Below are positions 48,990 through 57,561 of a stretch of 64,000 nt of DNA, one piece after another (positions within the stretch are counted from its first letter, which is position 1; every line of letters begins with the position of its first letter). The stretch is taken from positions 192,001 through 256,000 of the forward strand of contig CAXXFL010000004.1 in assembly GCA_963674965.2 (NCBI GenBank), read 5' to 3'. The notes beneath the pieces are model-generated. The model worked only from the letters and a program-made list of their open reading frames with translations. It made no database searches and was not told the origin of the DNA. The position numbers and the translations under genes are program-made. This stretch comes from a bacterium (lineage in GTDB: Bacteria; RBG-13-61-14; DATKZS01).

Positions 48990-50437
48990 TGTACAGACCG
49001 GAGACATGCTTCACAAGTGTTCGGGCACATAGGTAACATATTTCCTCGCTTGCTCGCGCTCCTGCTATTGACCTATTTTTCCTCGACCTAAGTTTATCTA
49101 TGCATCGATCACGTGGCCAGTCAAGGGCGGCGCAGCCGTCCCGCAGGGATTTACCCTTGACGGGCCTCGTGGAGATGCTATCGTCCTCATGGTCGAGAAA
49201 ACCTTTTATCACGTTTGCCTCCAGCTATGGTCTCGCAGATCGACGACCATGATCCGTTGGCGGCAGTAATAAACCTCGATCACGCCGTCCACTTGTGTAT
49301 TTCGCAAGCCGACCTTTTCACCAACGAAGGCCCGCCCCACTGGATAAAACTCGCCTTTGATTCTAACCGCCCCGCCCGGGTTCACCTTGCAAGTCGGCCA
49401 ATCATCCCGATACCAGACTTCGGGCAGAGTCTCGGGATAGGCAAAGGGGCTCATCGCGTAACGGCTGGCCGGCGTGTTCATGTCCAGGGCCTCGTGGGGA
49501 CGTTCATGGTTATAGCAGTCGCGAAAACGGTCGAAGGCTTTCTGACAGTCGTTCAGGTCGCCGAAGTTGCGTCCCCTTATCGCCTCCTCCTTAAGGGTCC
49601 GGTTGAACCGCTCGTTCTTGCCCTGGGTCTGGGGATGAAAGGGACGGCCGTGGCTGATGCCGACGCCGAGCCTGATCAGCCAGGCGCTCATGTAGTTGTA
49701 ACGCGAGTTCGGCGCGCAGAAGCTCGATCCGTTGTCGGTAAGTATGCGGCTGGGCAGGCCGTAGCGCATGAAGACCGGCGCCAGGCTTGCCCGCACGGTG
49801 TCCGCCCGTTCGTTGGAGCAGGCGGTGACCGTCAACGCGAACCTGGAGTGGTCGTCCACCACGGTGAGAGGGTGACAGGAACCGGCCGCCGTCGGAAAAT
49901 GTCCCTTGAAATCCATCTGCCACAACTGGTTGGGAGCCTCTCGTTCGAAACGCTTCATGGGACCGCGAGCCTTGCGCTGGGCGTCCCGCAGCCTGCCGTT
50001 GCGGTCGAGGATCGCCGTGATCGTGCTCGGCCTTGGCACTTCGTCGTGACCAAGATCGATCAGCCGCCGCTCGATTTTGCGCCCTCCCCAGGTCGGATGC
50101 TCGTCGCGAACCGAAAGCACCAACTGCTCGACCTCCGGGCAAACACGCTGGGGAGATCGCCTGGGACGGCGGGACCTGTCACATGCCCAGTCCTCTTCAC
50201 CGCTTTGCCCACGGCTGATCCACTTGTAGCCGGTGCGGCGACTGATACCGAATCGACGGCATAACTCGCTTATGTTGGAACCTGGCTGCATCGCTAAATA
50301 AACAAAATCCTTCCTCTGAGACACTTCGGTAACCTCATTCCATGGCATCTTTCTTCTCCTGTATTGACATACAGAAGAATGTACCAACTGTTACCCATGT
50401 CTCCGAACACCTGTTACCCATGTCTCCGGTCTGTACA
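48990..50437 (-). mobile_element. IS481-family insertion sequence
   Basis: Perfect inverted repeats TGTACAGACCGGAGACATG; CAAG duplicated at 48986-48989 and 50438-50441. Confidence 0.92.
49209..50348 (-). CDS. IS481-family transposase
   Basis: HTH LCRRFGISRRTGYKW; DDE motifs WQMDFKG, TDNG and GKNERFNRTLK. Confidence 0.95.
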   Translation of the reverse strand: MPWNEVTEVSQRKDFVYLAMQPGSNISELCRRFGISRRTGYKWISRGQSGEEDWACDRSRRPRRSPQRVCPEVEQLVLSVRDEHPTWGGRKIERRLIDLGHDEVPRPSTITAILDRNGRLRDAQRKARGPMKRFEREAPNQLWQMDFKGHFPTAAGSCHPLTVVDDHSRFALTVTACSNERADTVRASLAPVFMRYGLPSRILTDNGSSFCAPNSRYNYMSAWLIRLGVGISHGRPFHPQTQGKNERFNRTLKEEAIRGRNFGDLNDCQKAFDRFRDCYNHERPHEALDMNTPASRYAMSPFAYPETLPEVWYRDDWPTCKVNPGGAVRIKGEFYPVGRAFVGEKVGLRNTQVDGVIEVYYCRQRIMVVDLRDHSWRQT

Positions 50438-50631
50438 CAAGCCGCCGCACTCCAAAGCGGGAATTTTGCAAGAGGCTCCCATATATTGGAATTCATCCCC
50501 ATGAAGACTTATACAAGAGGCCCTTCCGTAAATTTCTCATTCCCTCATTTTCATCGATTTGGCGCCGGGCGGCCCCGCCGTGTTAGAATATTGCATGTTG
50601 CTTAGCTCGTGATTTTTCTGGTGGAGGAAAA

Positions 50632-51222
50632 GTGATGAATATTGAGGGACCTCTTCCGATGGTTAAGGGGACGGCTTTTCTTGGCGTGCTCAAGTTCGTG
50701 AAGACCAGCCACAACGGCGAGGAAACGCTGGCCAAGGTTATGGGGTTGCTTTCCGATGAGTCGCGTCAATCCTTCAAGCATAAAATAATCGCGGTGGCGG
50801 ACTATCCTTACAAGACCTTCACCGAGCTTATTCGAGCGGTTGACAAGGTCCTGGGCACGGGCGATCTATCTCTTTGCCGCGAGCTTGGGAGATACACGGC
50901 CAAGCGGGACGTCGAGGGGATTTACGACTTTTACAAGAAGCGGGCCCGCCCCGATGACCTGGTAAGGGACGGCTCGGTCATCTGGAACAGTTATTACGTC
51001 AACGCCGGAGAGATGGAGCAGGAGGTTCGCGCCGACGGCGTGGTTGTTATCGGCATCCGGAGATTTGCCGCGATGGACGAGGCCCACGCTCGATTGCTTG
51101 AAGGCTGGATGAGCCAGGCCATGCAGGAGGCGGGCGCGGCCTGGATCACCGAGATTCGCGAGAGGCAAAGCCGGGCCGGAGAGGAAGACCTCAAGGTTTT
51201 CGAGGGAAAATGGAGGGTTTAA
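50632..51222 (+). CDS. Hypothetical protein, myxobacterial DUF2378/V4R-like
   Basis: VKGTAFL N-terminus, W..YY..G and EGW motifs typical of that class. Confidence 0.5.
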   Translation: MMNIEGPLPMVKGTAFLGVLKFVKTSHNGEETLAKVMGLLSDESRQSFKHKIIAVADYPYKTFTELIRAVDKVLGTGDLSLCRELGRYTAKRDVEGIYDFYKKRARPDDLVRDGSVIWNSYYVNAGEMEQEVRADGVVVIGIRRFAAMDEAHARLLEGWMSQAMQEAGAAWITEIRERQSRAGEEDLKVFEGKWRV

Positions 51223-51369
51223 TCCTCCCCCGGCCGCGACGGTTCCGGGGCGAATCTAGCAAGGCCATCCGATTTCGGCTAACATGTACTGATATACTAG
51301 GCGCCGGAAAGCCCGGCCTTTCGGCGATACGAAAAAAGTGGTAAGGGGATTCATCAGTTGTCGGTTGAG

Positions 51370-52347
51370 ATGGCGCTGGAAAAAATCGCCGAGGCGAAAG
51401 CGAACCGCCTGGAGGAGCTTGACCTCTCCGGTCTCCAACTGAAGTATCTGCCCCCGGACCTTTGGAGGCTATACCGTCTCAAGTCCCTTAAACTCGACGG
51501 GAACAATTTCGACAGACTTCCTCCCGAGCTCAGCCGGCTGGAAAAACTCGAGCGCCTGTCCATCGCCTCGAACAACATCTCCGCCGTGCCCCAGGTATTG
51601 GGAAGGCTGGCCAACCTGGTCGAGCTCCGACTCGAGAACAACCGCCTTACCACCCTGCCCTCCCGGGTGGACAAGCTGAGAAACCTGAAAAGCCTCAGTC
51701 TGGACGACAACCAGATCACGGCCGTTCCTCCCGAGATCGGCAAGCTCAAAAGCCTCGAGAGGCTGACCTTGTCGGGAAACGATCTCAACCGGCTGCCCCG
51801 AGAGTTTTCCTGGCTGGTCCGGCTGCGCGAGCTTCACCTGAACCGCAACCGTCTCGAAACCCTGCCCATGTGGATCGGCGGGCTGAAAAGCCTGGCCATA
51901 TTGCTTGTCTCCGGCAACAGGCTCCAGACCCTGCCCTCGGAGATTGGCATGCTCGCCGGCCTTAAGATACTGACCGTATCGGCCAACGGGATGAACTCCG
52001 TGCCGCCGGAGTTGGGGAAACTTTCCGGCCTAACGCGGCTCAGGCTTAACGCCAACAACCTGACCCGCCTGCCCGAGAGTATGGGAGCGCTTGAGTCGCT
52101 AAGAGAACTCGATCTTTCAATGAACAAGCTCGTGTCGTTGCCCGATGAAATTGGAGAACTTAAGTCATTGGGCGTTCTGAAGATTTCGGCCAACTCCTTA
52201 AAAGCGCTGCCCCAAAGCATGAATGATTTGACCGCGCTTTCCGTCCTCGAGGTGGAGGGCAACCATTTCAAGGCCCCGCCGCCGGAGATTGCAAAGCTGG
52301 GAGGACAGGCGATACTGACCTATCTCCTGCTCGAGCACGGCGAATGA
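51370..52347 (+). CDS. Leucine-rich repeat protein
   Basis: About 12 regular LxxLxLxxNxLxxLP repeats with a PPPEI C-terminal cap. Confidence 0.92.
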   Translation: MALEKIAEAKANRLEELDLSGLQLKYLPPDLWRLYRLKSLKLDGNNFDRLPPELSRLEKLERLSIASNNISAVPQVLGRLANLVELRLENNRLTTLPSRVDKLRNLKSLSLDDNQITAVPPEIGKLKSLERLTLSGNDLNRLPREFSWLVRLRELHLNRNRLETLPMWIGGLKSLAILLVSGNRLQTLPSEIGMLAGLKILTVSANGMNSVPPELGKLSGLTRLRLNANNLTRLPESMGALESLRELDLSMNKLVSLPDEIGELKSLGVLKISANSLKALPQSMNDLTALSVLEVEGNHFKAPPPEIAKLGGQAILTYLLLEHGE

Positions 52348-52397
52348 CCGCGCGCCCTCCTCGGGCAAGAGGCGGCTTCCCGCCCTTAAAATGGGCG

Positions 52398-52808
52398 TCA
52401 CTTTAATACGATAAACGAGCCTATGACCTTGATGAGCAGATTGTCCGACTCGTCCAGGACCTCCGACTCGACCGTCACTATTTTACCGCCCCTTTTGACC
52501 GTCCGGGCCGAGGCCTTGATCGTGCCCGACTTAATGGGCCTCAAGTACCTCACGCTCATCTCGATGGTCGCCGTGCTTTGGCCTTTTTCCAGATTGGCCA
52601 GGACCGCGTGGGCCATGGCCTCGTCGGCCAGGGTGGCCAGGATTCCGCCGGCCGTCACCCCGCCTCCCTGGATAAAGTCATCCCTCAAAGGCAGGGAAAG
52701 GACCGTCAACTCCCGGGATATTTTCTCCACCTTTACGCCCAGAAAATTGAATAGCGGGTTGGCCGTCTGTCCGGCGGCCGATACCCTCTCCAGATAATCC
52801 TTTTCCAT
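52398..52808 (-). CDS. PaaI-family thioesterase
   Basis: GGILATLADEAM and SVRYLRP hotdog-fold motifs. Confidence 0.88.
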   Translation of the reverse strand: MEKDYLERVSAAGQTANPLFNFLGVKVEKISRELTVLSLPLRDDFIQGGGVTAGGILATLADEAMAHAVLANLEKGQSTATIEMSVRYLRPIKSGTIKASARTVKRGGKIVTVESEVLDESDNLLIKVIGSFIVLK

Positions 52809-53159
52809 CAGATGGTTCTCCTTGGTCTCATTCCAATTATATTGCTTTACGGTAAAGAGGAAACCCAAGCCAACAATCGCATGGCGGCGAACGGATTCCC
52901 TGGCGAGTCCTCTCTCAAGCCATTATATTTGTTAACTTATTTTAAAACAAAGGTCTCCAATATAAAATTAACTTGAAATTGGAAAAATTCGGCGTATAAT
53001 ATAAATAACTTATACTCACGGGAACTATAAGTTTTGCTACTCGATACTCTCGCCTCTTGATCGAGTAAGGGGTCCCAAGGGGACGCAAACTCGAACGTTT
53101 CTCGGATACACAAACAGGCGACATTCCGATATAACTGTTCGACCATCCAAGGAGAAAAA

Positions 53160-53486
53160 ATGAATATCTATGTGGGGAATCTGTCTTACGACCTGACGGA
53201 AGACGAGCTTCGCTCGGCCTTCGAGGCCTACGGCGAGGTTGACTCGGTAAACATCATCAAGGACAGGTACAGCGGCCAGTCCAAGGGCTTCGGCTTCGTC
53301 GAGATGAACGACGACGACAAGGCCTCGGCCGCCATCGAGGGCCTGAACCAGACCGAGCTGAAGGGACGCAACCTGAACGTCAACAAGGCCAAGCCCAGAA
53401 ACGACCGCGGCGACCGCGGTGGACGCGGCGGCGGCGGCGGCGGAAGGGGCGGCTACGGCGGCGGCGGCGGTCGCGGCAACTGGTAA
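53160..53486 (+). CDS. RRM RNA-binding protein with Gly/Arg-rich tail
   Basis: RNP2 IYVGNL and RNP1 KGFGFVEM; RGG tail. Confidence 0.95.
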   Translation: MNIYVGNLSYDLTEDELRSAFEAYGEVDSVNIIKDRYSGQSKGFGFVEMNDDDKASAAIEGLNQTELKGRNLNVNKAKPRNDRGDRGGRGGGGGGRGGYGGGGGRGNW

Positions 53487-53502
53487 TCGACGCTTTAAAC
53501 GC

Positions 53503-53539
53503 AAGCGCCCTTTTTGGACCTCTTCCAGAAAGGGCGTTT
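53503..53539. terminator. Hairpin between convergent genes (putative bidirectional terminator)
   Basis: AAGCGCCCTTTTTGGA-CCTCT-TCCAGAAAGGGCGTTT. Confidence 0.7.
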
Positions 53540-53556
53540 GATTTTCTCTAGCCCTT

Positions 53557-54009
53557 TTAACCGAGAAGCTTCGCGGCTATCACGGTCAAGCCGCCTTCTT
53601 CCCGGTTGATTATCTCGACCCGGTCCATCATCCGCATTATGGCCGGAATGCCGCTTCCAAGTCCTCTTTTGCCGACGTCTCCTTCCAAAGGGAAGAGATA
53701 CCTTCCCTCCGAGAAGCCGTCGTCCATGGCCCTGGTCACGTCGCTTATGCCGGGGCCGTCGTCAACCGCGATTATCTCGATACCGACATCGGGAGGGGAA
53801 AGGCTTAAAAGCCTTATCGTGCCCTTCCCCGCGAACTTGACCATATTGTCCGCCAATTCGCTTACGGCGATGGCTATCTTCCACTGGTCCGTGCCCTGAA
53901 AACCCATCTCACTGGCAAGGCGGCGGACGGCGTTCCTGGCGTGGATGACGTCAAGCTGGCTATCTATCGATATTTCCAGCTTAATACCGGATAACGACGC
54001 AGGTTGCAT
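53557..54009 (-). CDS. RsbT-like HATPase/serine kinase (second copy)
   Basis: AVSELADNMVKFAG, DDGPGI and GLGSGI motifs. Confidence 0.8.
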   Translation of the reverse strand: MQPASLSGIKLEISIDSQLDVIHARNAVRRLASEMGFQGTDQWKIAIAVSELADNMVKFAGKGTIRLLSLSPPDVGIEIIAVDDGPGISDVTRAMDDGFSEGRYLFPLEGDVGKRGLGSGIPAIMRMMDRVEIINREEGGLTVIAAKLLG

Positions 54010-54550
54010 CGTCGTGCTCCTTGCCGTGCCTGGAAAGTATATCTTGCGCCATCTCCCCGCAAGGCATCGAGTCGTAAGAGCCAAGATCCACCCGTGAGGA
54101 TATGCCGTCAGAATGAAGCAAAAACAGATTGCCTGGAATGAGACCAAAACCGTATTCCCTCACGCGACGCATACGATGGCCCACTATGCCCGGCGAGTTC
54201 ACCACGTTGTTCCTGCCTTGGCTGGTCCTGGCCCGAAGCTCGACGTTGCCCACGCCCACGAAGCAAAGCTCGCTTTTAGCCTCGTCGATCCTGAGCAGGG
54301 AAAGCGCCGCCCCCCTGGTGTGCGAAATGGCCTTGTTGCAGCCCTCCATCAGGACCTCGAGGTCCATGTCCCGGTTGGTCTCGACGTATTCGATCGCCGC
54401 CCTGGCCGCCTCGGCCGCCTTGGACCCGTGGCCGAGACCGTCGGCCAGAGCGATCAAGGTCGTCCTTTTTTCATCGTCTCGGAGTATTATATATTGGTCC
54501 CCGCATTCGACTTCGCCCAGCTTGGGCCTGGTGGCCGCTCCGACTTCCAT
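53981..54550 (-). CDS. RsbX-like PP2C/SpoIIE phosphatase
   Basis: CGD, ADGLGHG, HSDGI and DDAT motifs. Confidence 0.85.
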   Translation of the reverse strand: MEVGAATRPKLGEVECGDQYIILRDDEKRTTLIALADGLGHGSKAAEAARAAIEYVETNRDMDLEVLMEGCNKAISHTRGAALSLLRIDEAKSELCFVGVGNVELRARTSQGRNNVVNSPGIVGHRMRRVREYGFGLIPGNLFLLHSDGISSRVDLGSYDSMPCGEMAQDILSRHGKEHDDATCVVIRY

Positions 54551-54551
54551 G

Positions 54552-55238
54552 TCAATTCCTGTATTTCACCGCGGTGATGAGAGTGCCCGAGCTTCCCGTC
54601 TCGATATCGAACTCGTCCATGATCTTTCTGCAGCCGAGAATGCCGAGGCCAAGTCCGGTTTTGGACCTGTATTGTCCCGAGAGCACGTCGCTTAAATTGG
54701 GGATTCCATGGCCGTGGTCGATGCAAATAATCTTAATCCCCCGGGTCCCTCCCGCCAGGGGCTCGAAGCTTATAGCCCCCTCTCCCACGTAGCGGATGAC
54801 GTTCCGGGCCATCTCGGACACTGAGGTCGCGATCTTGATCTGCTCGGTCCGCGTGAAACCCATGCCCTCGGCGATGGCCCTGGCCTCGTTTCGAGCCACC
54901 ACTATATCGTCCTCCGTTTTCAGGTGAATGGAGCGGGCCTCGGCCTCGGCCGGTTCCCGTTTCCGGTCCTTTCCTGAATGGCCCCCCCGGCCCAGGTCGG
55001 CCAGCTTTTCCTTGCAGCTCGAGCGCATGGACTCGTCGCGAAGAAAGATATCTATGCCCTTGTTCAGGTTTTGAAGAAGGCTCTGGGAAACGCGCCCTCC
55101 CCTTTCCTCCAGGTCACCTCCCTGGCAGCGTTTAAGGCCGTACCTGAAGATGCCCCTGGCGACGGCGTCCTCCATGTACTCGCGCAGGATGCCCACGATA
55201 AGGGTTTCCTGCCGGCTCGCCGTCTCGGTCTCGCTCAC
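54552..55238 (-). CDS. rsbT: RsbT-like serine kinase with N-terminal extension
   Basis: DIVVAR, IATSVSEMARN, DHGHGI and GLGLG motifs. Confidence 0.82.
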   Translation of the reverse strand: MSETETASRQETLIVGILREYMEDAVARGIFRYGLKRCQGGDLEERGGRVSQSLLQNLNKGIDIFLRDESMRSSCKEKLADLGRGGHSGKDRKREPAEAEARSIHLKTEDDIVVARNEARAIAEGMGFTRTEQIKIATSVSEMARNVIRYVGEGAISFEPLAGGTRGIKIICIDHGHGIPNLSDVLSGQYRSKTGLGLGILGCRKIMDEFDIETGSSGTLITAVKYRN

Positions 55239-55675
55239 GATATCTCCTCCAGGATCGAGTCTATGAGTTCATCGTCGTCCACCGCGTCTTGCCCATCTTC
55301 CTCATCCTCCTCCTCGTAGAAGTATTCCCGCCGCAGCATATCGAGGGCCGTCTCGATGGTAAGGGCCGTTTCCATGGCCGTAAGGGTCAGGCCCATCTCG
55401 ACCAGGGTGATGGCCATGGACGGGTCCAGACCCACGATGACCGCCTTCACGCCCATGAGCCGGACCACCTGGGATATGTCCCGAATCGAGCGGGCGATGT
55501 AGCTGTCCAGAATGTCGACGCCCGACACCTCGAGGATGAGACCCTTCGGGTCGTGCCGCTGGATTTCCTCGCAAATCCCGTCCTTCAGTTCATGGACCAG
55601 CTTGTCCGAAAGCTCCGTCTGGATCGAGACTAAAAGGTTGTCGTACAACCTGATGATGGGAATGTTCCGCGACAT
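55235..55675 (-). CDS. rsbS: RsbS-like STAS protein
   Basis: IPIIRL, GVDILDSY (phospho-Ser context) and AITLVEMG; acidic tail. Confidence 0.85.
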   Translation of the reverse strand: MSRNIPIIRLYDNLLVSIQTELSDKLVHELKDGICEEIQRHDPKGLILEVSGVDILDSYIARSIRDISQVVRLMGVKAVIVGLDPSMAITLVEMGLTLTAMETALTIETALDMLRREYFYEEEDEEDGQDAVDDDELIDSILEEIS

Positions 55676-55676
55676 T

Positions 55677-56366
55677 TCAAGCCTCTTCGTTCCTCATGTC
55701 CGAGCGCCGGATAAACTTGATGCAGTCCAGGAGCCCGGCCTTCAAGTTCCGGAGCGTCTTGACGGTCGAGAGGTCCGCGCCGATATCGACCAGGGTCTGG
55801 GCCACCGCCGGGTTGATGCCCGTGAGCACGCACCGGGCGCCCAGGAGCTGGGCCGCCTGCACCACCTTGAGGAGGTAATCGGCGGTCTTGGTGTCCACGA
55901 TCTCGACGCCGGTAATATCGATGATGATGCATCGGGACTGGCTCTCCACGATTTTAGAAAGGAGGTTGTCCATAATTTCCATGGACCTTCGGGTGTCGAC
56001 TATTCCGACGATGGGCAGGACGAGGACGTCGTCCCACACCTCCATGACAGGGGTGGACAGTTCGCGAATGGCCTCGGCCTGTTTCTCGATGGTGGAAAGG
56101 TTGTTCTCCAACTCCTTTTGCTTGTCCAGGAGGTTGTTCTCTTTTCTCCGGTTGTCTTCCTCCATGGTTCGGAGGTCCATGATCATGAAGTTGATCCCCA
56201 TCTCCAGGTTGGTAAGGGGATCGGGAGAGTCGAAAATCTCGATGTTAAGGTCGAAGTTGCCCTGGGCCACCTCGGTGAGGATTTTTTCCGCGCGCTCGAG
56301 CCGCTCGATGAGGTTGGGTACGGACGCTCCCTCCCCTTTGCCCGCGTCATTATCCTTTGTTGACAT
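55677..56366 (-). CDS. rsbR: RsbR-like STAS protein with short coiled-coil/HAMP-like N-terminus
   Basis: ELSTPV, LPIVGIVDT, DITGVEIVDT and TGINPAVAQTL motifs. Confidence 0.88.
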   Translation of the reverse strand: MSTKDNDAGKGEGASVPNLIERLERAEKILTEVAQGNFDLNIEIFDSPDPLTNLEMGINFMIMDLRTMEEDNRRKENNLLDKQKELENNLSTIEKQAEAIRELSTPVMEVWDDVLVLPIVGIVDTRRSMEIMDNLLSKIVESQSRCIIIDITGVEIVDTKTADYLLKVVQAAQLLGARCVLTGINPAVAQTLVDIGADLSTVKTLRNLKAGLLDCIKFIRRSDMRNEEA

Positions 56367-56370
56367 GGCC

Positions 56371-56919
56371 CTAGTCCTCCCACTCGATAAGGTAGACGCA
56401 TTTGTCGCCGTCCTTGTGCCGGCAGGGGCCCTGGTCGTCGTGGGTCACCCTGGCGGTGGGGCAGAAGGTCTTGGCGATGACCTCGAAAATCCCGAAATCG
56501 AAGTGGCAGGGATAGGGGTTGTCGCAGGTCATCCTGCCCGAGTGGTCCGACTCCCTGGTCCAGTGGTATCCGCCGATTTCGCCGGGCTTGGCGTCGTGGT
56601 TCATGTAGTAGGCGTCGTTGATAATGGACATGGCCTTTTCCACGCCGTCGATGTCAGGGGGAAAAGCCGCGTTGGCGAAGATTCCCTGCCCGATCTTGCG
56701 CATGAACTCCCGACCGAACTGTTCCTGGAACTCTTTAAGGGCCTTGAAGAACTCCGTGAGAGGATACATGACGCTGGCGTCCCCCACCAACTCGTCCACC
56801 CCGAAATACTTGCAAAGGACGTTCTCGCCCCGCTTCTGGTAGGGACCGAAAGCCGATAAATAGGCCTTGAGAACGGCCCCCGTCACCCGGGCCTCACCGT
56901 GATAATCGAATTCCTTCAT
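56371..56919 (-). CDS. Stand-alone V4R/HNOX-like sensory-domain protein
   Basis: AYYMNH, IGGY, C..PYPC.FD.G and CR..GD.C.Y...W pattern. Confidence 0.55.
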   Translation of the reverse strand: MKEFDYHGEARVTGAVLKAYLSAFGPYQKRGENVLCKYFGVDELVGDASVMYPLTEFFKALKEFQEQFGREFMRKIGQGIFANAAFPPDIDGVEKAMSIINDAYYMNHDAKPGEIGGYHWTRESDHSGRMTCDNPYPCHFDFGIFEVIAKTFCPTARVTHDDQGPCRHKDGDKCVYLIEWED

Positions 56920-57561
56920 CTTCCTTCCTCCCCGCGCCCCTCACCGGGTGGGCGCGTTATTTCGCGGCCTAAGTACAAAAGGGTTAAACCTCCGCCCTCC
57001 GGCCGCGAGCCGTATTAACTTTTTTTGTCCTGACTGGGCCTCTTTACGGTTGGAGCGCAAGCGGTGAAAAACGAGTCGAATCCATCGGGGCCAAGAATCT
57101 TTAAAGTCGAATCGTCTTGGGCTAAAGCCGCCTGAAAAACCTATCCTGGCGGTCCACGTGGAGAAATACGATGATGCTTCAGGTCGTCGGACCAGACCTA
57201 TCGAGCCGGTCCGAATTTTTTCGCGGCCAGGACGGGTCGCATGGGCGAGCCCTCGGCCCGCCTCGCGTTCAAACCTCCTCCATCGCCGGGCAATCCCGAC
57301 ATTGCCGCCCCCAGGCGCGGGCGGCTTACTATCGAGGACGCCGTCGTCCCCTTCCCTTTAATAATTCACTCGAAATCCAGCGGCCGTTATGGGTCCCCGT
57401 GCTTATGGCGCCGGCTTTTTTGGAAATCCCGATATGCCCGACGACCCGCGACGCGTTAACCTGTCCCCGTTTGATTTCATCCCCCATGTATTTCCCGGGG
57501 ACGCGACGGATCGGTCGGCTCTCGTGCTATGCACTATAGTAATCCGGCTTGGCCCGGATTG

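Larger units (their letters stand above)
48843..50478 (+). mobile_element. MITE-like REP-containing element (copy 2), interrupted by IS481
   Basis: GAGCTTCTTGCAAAA...TTTTGCAAGAGGCTC; removing IS481 and one CAAG restores AAAGCGGCGTCAAGCCGCCGCACTCCAAA. Confidence 0.75.

Noticed and set aside
53061-53100. c-di-GMP-I riboswitch (contains GGGACGCAAA)
   Set aside because: The upstream GGCAAAC/GNRA tetraloop arm and the downstream receptor hairpin are missing; kept only as a generic structured leader
53404-53480. GGC microsatellite
   Set aside because: It encodes the ordinary Gly/Arg-rich tail of the RRM protein
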